Positions 8,537 through 19,466 of a stretch of 64,000 nucleotides of DNA are shown piece by piece; positions within the stretch are counted from its first letter, which is position 1; each line of letters opens with the position of its first letter. The translations under genes and the position numbers were made by a program. Where the stretch lies: IMG/VR virus record IMGVR_UViG_3300005549_000009, positions 3,083-67,082 of that record; one strand, written 5' to 3'. Source of the stretch: a virus. The notes beneath the pieces are model-generated. The model ran no database searches. It was not told the DNA's origin and saw only the letters and a list, made by a program, of their open reading frames with translations.

Positions 8537-11026
8537 ATGCCTGTAGCACAAACAGCACTTCTCGGCACGCTGGGCATCCGTTTGACGGCCGACGCAATCT
8601 CCTTGTTGCACGGGATGGCTGAGGCCGAGTTTGCGGTCATTTCCAGCAGCCAGAAAATGCTAAGGCAGGCAGGCTTGCTTGGTGCCGGTCTTGCGACTGC
8701 GTTTGCTGGAATTGCAGGAGCTGGAGTTCGTGCGTTCGCTCAGTTCGATAAGGCAATGACGGATTCTGTATCCATCATGGGCGATGTGAGCGCGGAGATG
8801 CGTAAGGAGTTGGAAACTACCGCTCGTGTCCTCGCGACTGATACCACCAAGAGCGCGAAGGAATTAGCTGAAGCCTACCAGTTCTTGGCCTCTGCTGGAT
8901 TCGACGCCAAAGAATCCCAGGTGGCTTTAGCGACTGTTACCAAGTTTTCTATTGCTGGAAAATTCGGCTTGGAAAAAGCAACCACGTTGTTAGCCGATTC
9001 CACAACTGCGCTCGGTTTGCGTTCGAAGGATGCCGAGCAAAACATGCTCAACATGACGCGGGTTTCGGATGTGTTGACCAAGGCAAACATCATTGCCAGT
9101 GGGACGACCGAGGACTTTGCGGAAGCGTTGACAAACGGACCCGCCGCCGCGCTGCGATTGGCGCACAAGGACCTGGAAGAAGGCGTTGCTGTTCTGGCTG
9201 CTTTGGCTTCTCAGAATATAAAGGGCGCTGAAGCTGGGACTCAGTTTTCAATTGTGATGCGGGATTTGCAGACCAAGGCCATCAAAAATCGGGAAGAATT
9301 TGCTCACTTCGGTATCGAGGTTTCTGATGCTGGCGGTAAAATGAACAATCTGGCGGATATTATCGGCCAGCTTGAGGCGGCTCTTGGAACGATGACCCCG
9401 CAGCAACAGAAGGCTAACCTTTTACTTCTCGGGTTCAGCGACAGGAGTTTGAAATCGATTCAATCTTTGATCGGAATGTCGCAGCAGATTCGAGATTATG
9501 AGACAGCCTTGAGAGGGGCAGGCGGCACTACGAAGGATGTCTCGGACAAGGTGATGACTTCATTTTCTGATCGTCTTACGAATCTCAAGAATAATGTCAA
9601 TGAGCTACTTCTCTCCGTTGGCGAAGGATTAACTCCGACGCTTGTTGCACTCACGCAGACGATAAAAGATTTCTTGAAGAGCAATGACGAGGCTAGCTCG
9701 ACGATCAAAAGCAACATGGAGGCTGTCGGCGCTGCCTTTGTTGGAGTTGCTAAAGCGGCTGCCTTTGTTTTCAACGGCCTGATGAACTTCATGCGGACGG
9801 TGGGGATCGTGATCCTCGGCGTAACCAATGACATCATTGCTGGCATCAAGGAGGCCGTTGGATTCATCAACAAGCTAATCGGCATGGCCAACAAGGTCAG
9901 AGCCCATTTCGGCGGTGAACTGCTTGAACCCATTGATATCAATTTCACGGTTGGTGGGCAGACCATGGATCAATGGATGACTACGGTTGAAGGAGCCCAG
10001 AAAGAGCTTTGGGCTGATTTGGAAAAGGGAGCATTCAAAACTGCTGAGGTTGTCCCTAAAGCCGTTCGTGACGCGGTGAGAGGCGTTACCCAAGAAGTGA
10101 CTGCTGTGGTATCTGATACTGCGGACCAGATCAAACAGATGTCAGACATTGCGATGACATCCATTGACGCGATGCGAGCTAGGGACAGAGAGCTGGGCAT
10201 CCAATCCCCGGCAGATGCAAAAAGGGCGCGTGGCCAAGCCGCCAATGCTGCGATTGCTAACCCAGACGTTGAGCTTCAAAAAGGTTTCCAGGAGGAGATT
10301 CAGCGCATGAAGGATAACCTCGCTGAATTGGAGGCTGTAGGGAATGCCGAAGTTGAGCTAACCCAAGAAGTGCAAGCCGAAAAACTCAAAGCCATCCAAG
10401 AGTATAACGACCGGCTAAGGGCGCTTCAAATGGCACAGGCCAGAATCCAACTCGATGCAGCTAGCCAGACATTTGAGTCCTTGGCCAATATCACCGAGAG
10501 CTTCGGTGCCCGTCAATCCGGAGTGTTCAAGGCAATGTTTGCGGCCAGCAAAGCCTTCGCCATCGCCGACGCTACAATCAGTATCGCGCAGGGCTTATCC
10601 AAGGCCGCGAGTCTCGGTTTCCCTGCGGGGATCATTGGTATGGCTCAAGTGGCCGCTGCTACCTCAACAATCGTTTCCTCGATCCAAGCCGTGCAATTAG
10701 AGTTCGCCGGAGGTCGAGCCGCGGGTGGCCCGGTGATGCCTGGCAAAGCGTTTCTGGTTGGCGAGCGCGGCCCGGAGCTGTTCAGCCCAGGCTCTGCAGG
10801 CAACATCACACCCAACGACCGGCTCGGCGGCAAGGTCAATATCGTGGTGAACAATTTCACTGATGCGCAAGCCGAAGTCCGCACAACCGACAACGGCGAC
10901 GAGAAAACGGTCGAGATCATCATTGCCCGCACCAAGAACAGCATCGCCTCGGACATCCGCCAAGGCACCGGGGACGTGAACCGGTCCATGCAATCCAGCT
11001 TCGGTCTGAAACGAGCGGGCCGGTAA
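8537..11026 (+). CDS. Tape measure protein (TP901-type core)
   Basis: Ala-rich helical, LASAGF, IKGAEAGT; C-terminal RAAGGPV...LVGERGPELF. Confidence 0.95.
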   Translation: MPVAQTALLGTLGIRLTADAISLLHGMAEAEFAVISSSQKMLRQAGLLGAGLATAFAGIAGAGVRAFAQFDKAMTDSVSIMGDVSAEMRKELETTARVLATDTTKSAKELAEAYQFLASAGFDAKESQVALATVTKFSIAGKFGLEKATTLLADSTTALGLRSKDAEQNMLNMTRVSDVLTKANIIASGTTEDFAEALTNGPAAALRLAHKDLEEGVAVLAALASQNIKGAEAGTQFSIVMRDLQTKAIKNREEFAHFGIEVSDAGGKMNNLADIIGQLEAALGTMTPQQQKANLLLLGFSDRSLKSIQSLIGMSQQIRDYETALRGAGGTTKDVSDKVMTSFSDRLTNLKNNVNELLLSVGEGLTPTLVALTQTIKDFLKSNDEASSTIKSNMEAVGAAFVGVAKAAAFVFNGLMNFMRTVGIVILGVTNDIIAGIKEAVGFINKLIGMANKVRAHFGGELLEPIDINFTVGGQTMDQWMTTVEGAQKELWADLEKGAFKTAEVVPKAVRDAVRGVTQEVTAVVSDTADQIKQMSDIAMTSIDAMRARDRELGIQSPADAKRARGQAANAAIANPDVELQKGFQEEIQRMKDNLAELEAVGNAEVELTQEVQAEKLKAIQEYNDRLRALQMAQARIQLDAASQTFESLANITESFGARQSGVFKAMFAASKAFAIADATISIAQGLSKAASLGFPAGIIGMAQVAAATSTIVSSIQAVQLEFAGGRAAGGPVMPGKAFLVGERGPELFSPGSAGNITPNDRLGGKVNIVVNNFTDAQAEVRTTDNGDEKTVEIIIARTKNSIASDIRQGTGDVNRSMQSSFGLKRAGR

Positions 11027-11028
11027 CC

Positions 11029-11523
11029 ATGTCACGGGCCGTCAACGTTACCAACGAGTGGCCAGCTACCCTCCCGCTTCCTTACATCGACTTCAGCGGC
11101 GGTGCTGATGTAGCAACGCTGTTCTCGCCCGATGATGCGGCCGTCATCAAACGCAGGAGCAGACAGACTCAAACTTTTGCCACAATTGGAATCGTCTGGA
11201 AGTTCACCCCGGAACAATTCACCGAGTTCAAAGAGTTTTGGGAGGACAACCTAGGCGTGGGAGCGGCTGTGTTCGCCATTGAACTGCGTTACCCGAAAAT
11301 CTCGGAGCTGAACACTTGGCTGGTCAAGATGGTTTCAGAGCTGTCTATTGAGGACACGGACCACGAGATTTACGAAGTGACGGCTCGGGTTCAGGTCCTG
11401 AGCCTCGCTACCGTGGACGATAAAGCACCCATCGTCACAGTTGCCGGGATCGTGCGCCTCTTGGATGACACGATATTCAAGCGCCTCTTGGATGACACGG
11501 CTCACTTTCGGCTTTTGGAATAG
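11029..11523 (+). CDS. Distal tail protein (lambda gpM-like) 1
   Basis: WPATLPLP...FKEFW...GAAVF; follows tape measure. Confidence 0.65.
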   Translation: MSRAVNVTNEWPATLPLPYIDFSGGADVATLFSPDDAAVIKRRSRQTQTFATIGIVWKFTPEQFTEFKEFWEDNLGVGAAVFAIELRYPKISELNTWLVKMVSELSIEDTDHEIYEVTARVQVLSLATVDDKAPIVTVAGIVRLLDDTIFKRLLDDTAHFRLLE

Positions 11524-11525
11524 CT

Positions 11526-12311
11526 ATGGCGAGCGCACCCATCTACTGGCCAGCTGATTTGCCGCTGCCGCTCATGGCTCCAGCGCGGGAGTATCGACCC
11601 CGGCACGAGATTCACCGGATGGAAAGCAAGCGCGTGCGCGTGCGTAGATACTTTCCGGATTTCTTCACTGTTTACGACTTTGAATGGAACTTTACCCAAG
11701 ACGAGTTTGACGCCTTCAAAACGTTTTTCCAAGACGCACTGGACAACGGCGCGGAAGCGTTCCGGATTCAGATGCTGGACCCAGACGACTCTGGCCAGCT
11801 ATCCATTATCGACTACGCCTTTTTTGAGGCTGGCTACCAGTTCACTTACACGGACGGAGTTTTCAAAGTAACGGCCACAGTCATCATCGAGGAGGAGCAG
11901 CTGGAACCGTTCCCGGAACCGCCGCCCAGGAGCCTCTGTGAGGTGGACATCTTTCCAGAGGTCAGCGATGGGATCGGAGGGGGAACTACTTTCGAGTGTT
12001 ACGACGTGGGCAATTATTCGGATGAAGTCTTCGACACAGAAGGCTCTTATCTTACCTCCATTCGACACGGCGGAGGCGAGTTTGGTTTCCAGGGTGGGGA
12101 GGATTTTGATGCGTTCCCAGTAGGAGCTTTGTTTGCAGGATCGCCTTCAATAGGTTCCAATTTGGTGCTGATGTTTTTTGGCACAGCTGATACAGGGTTC
12201 GCTGGATATGGCGAAACCTTTGAAGATGAGGCCCTGGGCGCTTACGTGCCAGCTTCTCAAGAGTTGGATGAAAACGGAGTGATAGATACCTTTGCAGGAG
12301 ACGGGCCTTGA
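11526..12311 (+). CDS. Distal tail protein (gpM-like) 2 with acidic extension
   Basis: WPADLPLP...RVRRY...LDNGAEAF; paralogue of previous gene. Confidence 0.65.
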   Translation: MASAPIYWPADLPLPLMAPAREYRPRHEIHRMESKRVRVRRYFPDFFTVYDFEWNFTQDEFDAFKTFFQDALDNGAEAFRIQMLDPDDSGQLSIIDYAFFEAGYQFTYTDGVFKVTATVIIEEEQLEPFPEPPPRSLCEVDIFPEVSDGIGGGTTFECYDVGNYSDEVFDTEGSYLTSIRHGGGEFGFQGGEDFDAFPVGALFAGSPSIGSNLVLMFFGTADTGFAGYGETFEDEALGAYVPASQELDENGVIDTFAGDGP

Positions 12312-12312
12312 T

Positions 12313-13008
12313 ATGAGCACAGTCATTGAAACAGTAACTATCGGGACGGCAGACAAAAGGCTTCTTTTGGGCAACGCGCATTGGGCAGCTACCATTTCAG
12401 CTGGCACGAGCTGGACCCGGCTACGCATCGCGGCGCGAATGGCATTGGATGATACGTCGGGGGACATCACGGGCACGCCGCGTCTTTACTTGGGGATGCT
12501 GGCTTCGCCGGCGGTTGGGCTTACCAACGGCCCGTTGAATGCCGCATGCAGTCATTTCGTTGGGTTCATTTCCGCTTCAACCGACTTCAGTCGCATCGCG
12601 GCTCCGACACCGGTTGCTTACGCAATGAGTTCTCAACTCTTGGGTAAAAAGATCGGTGCATCCATTACCATGGCCGGGACCAGTCAAGGGCACAGGATTT
12701 CTGCGGCTCCAACGACGGCTCGGCAAGTGACGATGGTTGAGATTGAAAAGGGCAGCCCTAACTTTACGCTGAGGTGCGGATTGTTCGCGGCGGCTCCAGC
12801 GGACATTTCTGAAACGGTTTTGATCTCGTCTCTCGAAAATTCAACCTTTACCAGTGCTGTGGGAGGCACGATGAGCCAGAGCCCGCACAGCACGACTTTG
12901 GCCGTCACGGAAGCTGTAGCTGGATTCTTAAACGCAATCTGCATCGGCTGGGACCGATCCTCCTCAAAGCTTCACGTCTCGGAGATGTATTACGCCATCT
13001 ACGCATGA
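12313..13008 (+). CDS. Minor tail/virion protein
   Basis: Ser/Thr/Ala-rich ORF inside tail-tip operon. Confidence 0.55.
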   Translation: MSTVIETVTIGTADKRLLLGNAHWAATISAGTSWTRLRIAARMALDDTSGDITGTPRLYLGMLASPAVGLTNGPLNAACSHFVGFISASTDFSRIAAPTPVAYAMSSQLLGKKIGASITMAGTSQGHRISAAPTTARQVTMVEIEKGSPNFTLRCGLFAAAPADISETVLISSLENSTFTSAVGGTMSQSPHSTTLAVTEAVAGFLNAICIGWDRSSSKLHVSEMYYAIYA

Positions 13009-13505
13009 ACACGTCGCTCTCAGATGCGATTCGCGAAGCTTACGCGATTTGTCCAACGACCAAGACCGTTATCAACACGTTGGAGATCCGGCAGACCGGA
13101 GTCCAAACTGCTATCTTTATTTCACAGACTCGCACTGGCATCAATGCTTTCGATGAGGACGGCGACGAGCACACCTTCCAAGCGTGTGGGTTTCAGTTCA
13201 CCCTGCCGCCCTCGGATGAGGACGGGTTCAAATCGCTCACGGTAGCGGTGGACAATATCAACCGAGTTGCTTCGGACTTCATCGAAACGGCTCGCCAATC
13301 GGTCGTCCCGGTAGAAGTGGTTTACCGGCCATACATGAGCGATAACCTTTCGGCCCCGGCCATGGACCCGCCGCTAATTCTCTATCTTAAGGATGTTCAG
13401 ATCACCACGTTTCAAGTTGTTGGAAAATGCACCTTTCAGGATCTAGTAAACAAAAAGTTCCCGAGCGATCTGTATCTGCGCTCCCGGTTTCCGAGCCTGG
13501 GCTGA
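13005..13505 (+). CDS. DUF1833 family tail tip protein
   Basis: AIREAYA, FQFTLP, VDNI, YRPYMS, FPSL motifs. Confidence 0.85.
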   Translation: MNTSLSDAIREAYAICPTTKTVINTLEIRQTGVQTAIFISQTRTGINAFDEDGDEHTFQACGFQFTLPPSDEDGFKSLTVAVDNINRVASDFIETARQSVVPVEVVYRPYMSDNLSAPAMDPPLILYLKDVQITTFQVVGKCTFQDLVNKKFPSDLYLRSRFPSLG

Positions 13506-13924
13506 TGCATTGGCATTGGGCGACGGCCTACGTCGGGAAACCGTATCGGCACGGAGCGACCGGGCCGGAAGCTTACGATTGCTGGGGCCTTCTCTGGCAC
13601 GTTTACTTGCACCAGTTCGGAATTGAGCTGCCGCTGATGCCAGGAATTTCGGAAGCATCGGCGGCTTGCATCATTCGTGAAATTGATTCGGCAGCGCGGG
13701 AACAATGGGCCGAGAGGCAGCATCCAAAGGAAGGCTACGCCGTGGCTATGTCGCAGCGAACGGCCTTTCATCATGTGGGTGTGTGCGTGCGCGTGAATGG
13801 CGGTCTTTCGATCCTTCACGCTATGGACGGAGAGCAAGTCTTTGTTGAGAGCCTTCGTCGTTTAAAGCTTCGCGGCATCAAACGAATCGCCTACTTTCGG
13901 CATTGGTTATGGCCTACATCATAG
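13505..13924 (+). CDS. NlpC/P60 tail assembly peptidase (gpK-like)
   Basis: YVGKPY...YDCWGL...HHVGV...ILHA. Confidence 0.85.
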   Translation: MHWHWATAYVGKPYRHGATGPEAYDCWGLLWHVYLHQFGIELPLMPGISEASAACIIREIDSAAREQWAERQHPKEGYAVAMSQRTAFHHVGVCVRVNGGLSILHAMDGEQVFVESLRRLKLRGIKRIAYFRHWLWPTS

Positions 13925-16900
13925 AAACGCCCAACCCGTTCAAGCCGCTGACCGATATCAAGCGGCATACGGTTCAACCGGGGCAGACCATCAGCCAATG
14001 GTTAAGCTTTCGCTTCGCTGGCTTTGTTGAGTTTGAGACTCCGACAATTTGCGTCGTCAATGGAGCGGGGTTGCTCCGTAAAGATTGGCCGACCTACACG
14101 ATTCAACCTAATGACGTGATCAACTTCGTGGCGGTTCCTGGGACCGTTCCGCTCCTGATCATTTCCATCGTGTTGGCACTGGCTTCTGTTGCTGTGACTC
14201 TGTTCCTGGGCACACCGCAGCCGGAGACGCCTGGGGAGCAACCAGCTTCTGATCCGGTCTTCACGAGCAAGGGACAGGCGAACGCAATTCGAATCAGTGA
14301 GCCCATCGAGTGTCCCTACGGCCGGAATCGCATCTACCCATCCTATGCCTCTCGCCCCTACTTTCAGTATGAGGGCAACGATCAGTTCCAGTATTCGCTA
14401 TTTTGCATCGGGCAAGGGTTTTACGAGATCGAGACCGTTCAGATTGGGGATACCGACATCAATCTTTTTCAAGAGGTGGAGTATGAAGTTGTCGAGCCGG
14501 GCGACGACGTAACCCTGTTTCCAACGAACGTCTACACGGCACCGGAAGCGGGTGGCCAGGAGCTATTCGCGCCGAACGATGATGATTACAGCGGCGATGG
14601 ATACGTGGGTCCTTTTGCGGCTGCACCGAGCGGCAGCCAGTCCAACGCAATTCAGATCGATTTAGTTTTCCCTAAGGGCCTTTACTACTCGAACAACGAC
14701 GGCGGCCTTTCCTCTCAGACAGTCATTGTCCAAGCGCAGGCGCGCGAGATTGACGATGATGGATTGCCGTTGACACTGTTTGCCGATATCTTCGGCGGAC
14801 CGATCACGGTTACTGGTCGAACCACCACGCCGCAGCGCAGAACCTACTCGCAGCCGACTTCGCCCGCTCGTTACGAGGTTCGCGTTCGCCGCACGAACAC
14901 GCGCCAAGACGGCCACCGGTTCGGCAACCAAGTGGAATGGGAAGGGCTCAGATCCTTTATCTTGGATGATCAAGCTTTCGGAGACGTGACGCTCCTGGCC
15001 GTCAAGATCCGCGCCACGAACAACCTGAACGAACGGACACAGCAACGGTTCAACGTCGTTTGCACCCGCAAGCTTCAGATGCATCAGAGCGACGGGTTCA
15101 CGACTCCTTACGTGGCCACACGTTCTATTGTTTGGGCCTTGGTGGACGTGTTCCGAGCGCAGTATGGGGCGCGCATTACCGAAGATCGGTTTTATGACTG
15201 GGACATGCTCTATGAGTTAGAGGCTCTGTACGAGGAGCGCAACGAGCATTTCGATTGGATTTTCAGGGACCCGATAACCGTTTGGGAAGCAGCCAGGGTC
15301 ATTGCGCGGGCTGGGCGAGCTATCCCTCTGATTGTTGGGTCTCTGATCTCGATGAAGCGAGACGGGCAGCTGGACACGCCCGTGGCGATGTTCGGAAAGG
15401 AGAACATCATCGAAGGCAGTTTCTCCTGGGACGTGAAGCTATGGGACCTGGACGAATATGACTCGGCCCGCGTCTCTTACATCGAGCCGGATGCCGGTTA
15501 CAAAGAGGTGCCTGTTGTTGCCACGCTGCCGGGCGGCGACACTGATACTCCGGAGGACATCCGGCTGCCAGGCGTCCAGGACCGGGACCACGCTTACCAT
15601 GAGGGCCTCTACATCCGAGCGGTCAGGACGTATCAGCGGGAGAACATCAGCTTTAGCACAGGGATGGAAGGTTACATTCCGACCTTCGGAGACTTGATCA
15701 TTGTCGCGCATGACGTGCCACGGTGGGCTGCTAATGGTTACGTTGTTCACGGGGAATCGGAGTCGAACGGGGACTTTCATCTATGGCTCTCTGAGCCGGT
15801 CGAGTTTGAGTCCAACGAAACTTCGGTTGTGATGCTCAGGAACCATCTGGGCGAGGTGCTTGGACCTTACGAAGCGTTTGAGACCGAAGACCCGAAGCAG
15901 ATTCGTATCACGGTTACAGGCATCCTGATCGACTTCTTGGAGACGGGCACGACTGAGCCCATGCTGTTCATCTTCGGAACGAGCGGCCAGATCAACAAAT
16001 ATTGTCGGGTGGTTAAAGTCGAACCGCAGGACCGGGAGATCATGCGGATTACAGCCGTGAACGAAGATTCCCGCGTCCATAGCTTCGATGGATTGAGTGC
16101 GCCATCGTTCCAAAACGAGGACAGTGTGCCGGTGACTCCGGATTTGCCTGAGGTAATGAACCTGGAGCTGACTCAGCTTAACACAAGTGTCCTTTCTGTT
16201 CTGGCTTCCTGGAGCGCGGCCTTTGGAGCGGACTATTACATCGTTCAATACAGCCAGGACGGTGAGAACTGGGACAACGTTGGGACCACGGACAGGACCA
16301 GCCTCGAATGGCAAGTGCGGCCGGGCACCCTCTACGTGCGGGTGGCTGGCGTCGGCATTGGACAGGGGCCATGGGCTGAAGCTGTGGTCAGCATCGGGAA
16401 CCTGGCGGGCTTGGATCTAATCGATGATTTCGACAATGACATTGACTGGACAATTGAATGGTTGGAGCTGCTCAACGCCGAGAGTTATGACGTGCGCGTC
16501 TATGACAATTCGAGCCCAACCTTTCCGGTGCTGAAGCGGACAACCAACATTCTGAGCACAGCCGACCGCACCTTTACCTATGATCTAGACGACGCGCTTG
16601 CCGATGGAAATGTCAATCGGCACATGCTGGTGAGCGTCACGCCGAAGTTCTCGGACGCAGACGGGACCGCGACAGAGCTGGAGATCGACAACCCGATACC
16701 GTCGCCGCCTACGGCGCTCAGCGTCCTGGCTACGCCGCAGGACTCCGACGCTACCGACATGGAATACAAGCTCACCTGGAGCAACCCAGCTGAGGAGGAT
16801 CTAATTTGTATCTCCGTGTGGCTGGAACCGGTGAGCGGTTTTGACCCGGAAGTTGCGACGCCGTATCTGCACGAGTGCGATTCTGCGGTAGGGTTCGCGG

Positions 16901-17061
16901 GGCTGATCGAGGAGCTGATTGTTTCGGTGCCGCTGGATTCGTTTGGGGAGCACGGGCCTTACTTTTGGCGGGTGGCTTGCTTTGATGTCTGGGGCCAGGA
17001 GATATCAACGAACGTGAGCGAGGAAGGCGAGATACCGGCTACGTCGGGGTGGGTGCCGTAA
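13909..17061 (+). CDS. Central tail tip / host specificity protein (gpI+gpJ-like) with FN3 domains
   Basis: PIECPYGRNRIYP, IDLVFPKGL, YEVRVRR, VKIRATNNL; C-terminal FN3-like repeats. Confidence 0.9.
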   Translation: MAYIIETPNPFKPLTDIKRHTVQPGQTISQWLSFRFAGFVEFETPTICVVNGAGLLRKDWPTYTIQPNDVINFVAVPGTVPLLIISIVLALASVAVTLFLGTPQPETPGEQPASDPVFTSKGQANAIRISEPIECPYGRNRIYPSYASRPYFQYEGNDQFQYSLFCIGQGFYEIETVQIGDTDINLFQEVEYEVVEPGDDVTLFPTNVYTAPEAGGQELFAPNDDDYSGDGYVGPFAAAPSGSQSNAIQIDLVFPKGLYYSNNDGGLSSQTVIVQAQAREIDDDGLPLTLFADIFGGPITVTGRTTTPQRRTYSQPTSPARYEVRVRRTNTRQDGHRFGNQVEWEGLRSFILDDQAFGDVTLLAVKIRATNNLNERTQQRFNVVCTRKLQMHQSDGFTTPYVATRSIVWALVDVFRAQYGARITEDRFYDWDMLYELEALYEERNEHFDWIFRDPITVWEAARVIARAGRAIPLIVGSLISMKRDGQLDTPVAMFGKENIIEGSFSWDVKLWDLDEYDSARVSYIEPDAGYKEVPVVATLPGGDTDTPEDIRLPGVQDRDHAYHEGLYIRAVRTYQRENISFSTGMEGYIPTFGDLIIVAHDVPRWAANGYVVHGESESNGDFHLWLSEPVEFESNETSVVMLRNHLGEVLGPYEAFETEDPKQIRITVTGILIDFLETGTTEPMLFIFGTSGQINKYCRVVKVEPQDREIMRITAVNEDSRVHSFDGLSAPSFQNEDSVPVTPDLPEVMNLELTQLNTSVLSVLASWSAAFGADYYIVQYSQDGENWDNVGTTDRTSLEWQVRPGTLYVRVAGVGIGQGPWAEAVVSIGNLAGLDLIDDFDNDIDWTIEWLELLNAESYDVRVYDNSSPTFPVLKRTTNILSTADRTFTYDLDDALADGNVNRHMLVSVTPKFSDADGTATELEIDNPIPSPPTALSVLATPQDSDATDMEYKLTWSNPAEEDLICISVWLEPVSGFDPEVATPYLHECDSAVGFAGLIEELIVSVPLDSFGEHGPYFWRVACFDVWGQEISTNVSEEGEIPATSGWVP

Positions 17062-17069
17062 TTTTCCGC

Positions 17070-17097
17070 TAGACGAGTTGCGGCGAGGTGCTACAGT
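17070..17097 (+). promoter_or_regulatory. Putative sigma-70 promoter
   Basis: TAGACG-N16-TACAGT with TG extension, at start of non-structural region. Confidence 0.45.
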
Positions 17098-17139
17098 GTC
17101 CGGCGTTAGACCGAACCGAGCCGATTACAAGGGAAAGAA

Positions 17140-18507
17140 ATGACAGTAGCTGGACTCTATAACCAATTTCTTGACGCTAAGACCCAGCAAGGCGCTGACT
17201 CTGGTTTTGAACCTCTATGGCTTCCTGATTCTCTATTTCCGTTCCAGCGAAATCTTGTTGAGTGGGCGATTCGTAAGGGCAGGGCGGGCGTATTCGCAGA
17301 TTGTGGACTTGGGAAGACTTTGCTTCAACTTTGCTGGGCTGAGAATGTGGCCCGCAAAACCGGGAAACGAGTCTTGGTTTTGACTCCGCTGGCCGTGGCG
17401 CATCAGACTGTCATGGAGGGGCAAAAGTTCGGGATTGAATGCAGTCAATCCCGCGATGGCAAGATGCCGAGCCAAATTACAGTCACAAATTATCAAAAGC
17501 TTCATCACTTTTCTTCCGATGATCTTGCAGGCGTCGTGTGCGATGAATCTGGAATCCTTAAAAACTTCGACGGGGCGATCAAAGCGCAAGTGACCGACTT
17601 CATGCGCAAAGTGCCGTATCGAAGTCTTTGGACAGCTACGGCTGCACCAAACGATTACATCGAATTGGGCACATCGAGCGAAGCGTTAGGCGAGCTTGGT
17701 TTTCAGGATATGCTCTCTAAGTTCTTCAAGAAGAAACAGGCCACCAGCACGCGCTCCGATGAATATCGGGCTGGAGTCTGGGCCTTCAGAGGGCATGCCG
17801 AGCGCGACTTTTGGCGATGGGTGTGCAGCTGGGCGCGGGCGGTCCGGAAGCCGTCCGATCTTGGTTTTGAGGATGGAGACTTTGCCTTGCCGGAGCTTCG
17901 AACCGTTGAGCACGTGGTCAGCGCACGCACTCGGCGAGCGGGCTGGCTGTTTGACATGCCAGCCATGGATCTACACGAGCAACGGGAGGAACGAAGGCGA
18001 ACGATTGTTGAGCGTTGTGAGATGGTTGCGGAGTTGCTCCAGCATGACCGGCCTGCGGTCGCTTGGTGCCATTTGAACGACGAAGGCAAGTTACTAGAGA
18101 AACTGATACCGGATGCCGTCGAGGTGGATGGTCATGACAGTGACGATTTCAAAGAGGAAACGTATCTTGCTTTTGCCAAAGGCGAGATTTCCAAAGTCAT
18201 TAGCAAGCCCATCCTTTCAGGGTATGGGTTAAACTGGCAGCACTGCGCTCACGAAACATTTTTCCCATCGCACAGCTTCGAGCAATGGTATCAAGCCATC
18301 CGCCGTTGTTGGAGATTCGGCCAAAAGAATCCAGTGCGAGTGGATATGGTAACATCGGAAGGCGAGCGAGGCGTGTTACAGAACCTGAACCGGAAAGCGG
18401 CTGCTGCTGCCGAGATGTCTGCTCAGCTGGTGGCCTTGATGAACGAAGGCTTGAATGTGCGACGAATCGATAAATTGAAGAAAGGAACTGTCCCAGGCTG
18501 GCTATGA
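17140..18507 (+). CDS. SNF2-type SF2 helicase
   Basis: DCGLGKT, VCDES, TATAAPND, GLNWQ, QAIRRCWRFGQ. Confidence 0.9.
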   Translation: MTVAGLYNQFLDAKTQQGADSGFEPLWLPDSLFPFQRNLVEWAIRKGRAGVFADCGLGKTLLQLCWAENVARKTGKRVLVLTPLAVAHQTVMEGQKFGIECSQSRDGKMPSQITVTNYQKLHHFSSDDLAGVVCDESGILKNFDGAIKAQVTDFMRKVPYRSLWTATAAPNDYIELGTSSEALGELGFQDMLSKFFKKKQATSTRSDEYRAGVWAFRGHAERDFWRWVCSWARAVRKPSDLGFEDGDFALPELRTVEHVVSARTRRAGWLFDMPAMDLHEQREERRRTIVERCEMVAELLQHDRPAVAWCHLNDEGKLLEKLIPDAVEVDGHDSDDFKEETYLAFAKGEISKVISKPILSGYGLNWQHCAHETFFPSHSFEQWYQAIRRCWRFGQKNPVRVDMVTSEGERGVLQNLNRKAAAAAEMSAQLVALMNEGLNVRRIDKLKKGTVPGWL

Positions 18508-19466
18508 GTGATCATGTTTTAACCGATAATTACGCGCTGTATCACGGCGACTGTATCGACATTATGGCCGATCTGCCGGATGGGAAAGTTGACATGTCAA
18601 TTTACAGTCCGCCTTTCGTGGGTTTGTTCAGCTATTCAAGTTCTGTCCGTGACCTGTCCAACTGCCGAAACTACGAAGAGTTTTTTAAGCATTACAAATT
18701 CGTGGTGGAACACATCGCACGGCTGACCAAGCCCGGTAGAATCACAGCGGTTCATTGCATGGACATCCCGCGCTCTGGCGCGAACCTGGGGGGCGGGTTG
18801 ATCGACTTCCCTGGGGATATCATCCGTTTGCATGAGCAATTCGGCTTCAATTACTGCGCCCGGTATCACGTTTGGAAAGAGCCGCTGGGAGTCAGAAATC
18901 GGACCATGGCAAAGGGCCTGGCGCATCGTCAAGTTGTGGAGGACTCTTCTTTGTGCGACGTGGCCGCCGCCGATTACCTGCTTATGTTCCGAAAGAAAGG
19001 AGTTAACACGATTCCAGTGACGCACCCGACCGGCCTGCACCGTTACGCAGGCGAGCGCAAGGTGCCCCACGAGCTTCACCAATGGCGCGGGCATACCGGC
19101 AAACAAACCGAGAACCGTTTTTCGCATTGGATTTGGCGACAATACGCCAGTGCCTTTTGGGATGATGTGCGCATCGAGAGAGTCCTGCCCTACCGGGAGA
19201 GCAAAGACCCGGAGGATGAGAAGCATGTTCACCCCCTTCAACTGGATGTTATCGAGCGGGCTTGCGTGCTTTGGACCAATCCTGGGGAGATCGTTTTCAC
19301 GCCGTTCATGGGTGTAGGCAGCGAAGTTTTTGGTGCAGTTATTAACGGGCGCAAAGGGATCGGAGTTGAGTTAAAAGACTCATACTTCAAGCAGGCTGTG
19401 CGCAACTTGGCTGATGCTAAGCCGGAAGCCGAAGGCGATTTGCTGCCATTAGAGAAACATGACTGA
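18504..19466 (+). CDS. N6-adenine/N4-cytosine DNA methyltransferase (beta class)
   Basis: SPPF motif IV before PFMGVGS motif I. Confidence 0.9.
   Translation: MSDHVLTDNYALYHGDCIDIMADLPDGKVDMSIYSPPFVGLFSYSSSVRDLSNCRNYEEFFKHYKFVVEHIARLTKPGRITAVHCMDIPRSGANLGGGLIDFPGDIIRLHEQFGFNYCARYHVWKEPLGVRNRTMAKGLAHRQVVEDSSLCDVAAADYLLMFRKKGVNTIPVTHPTGLHRYAGERKVPHELHQWRGHTGKQTENRFSHWIWRQYASAFWDDVRIERVLPYRESKDPEDEKHVHPLQLDVIERACVLWTNPGEIVFTPFMGVGSEVFGAVINGRKGIGVELKDSYFKQAVRNLADAKPEAEGDLLPLEKHD

Noticed and set aside
4211-17061. Diversity-generating retroelement or invertible tail cassette
   Set aside because: No reverse transcriptase, invertase or TR/VR repeat pair seen
17140-19466. Helicase plus methyltransferase as a restriction or defence system
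   Set aside because: Common phage gene pair with no adjacent nuclease or specificity subunit
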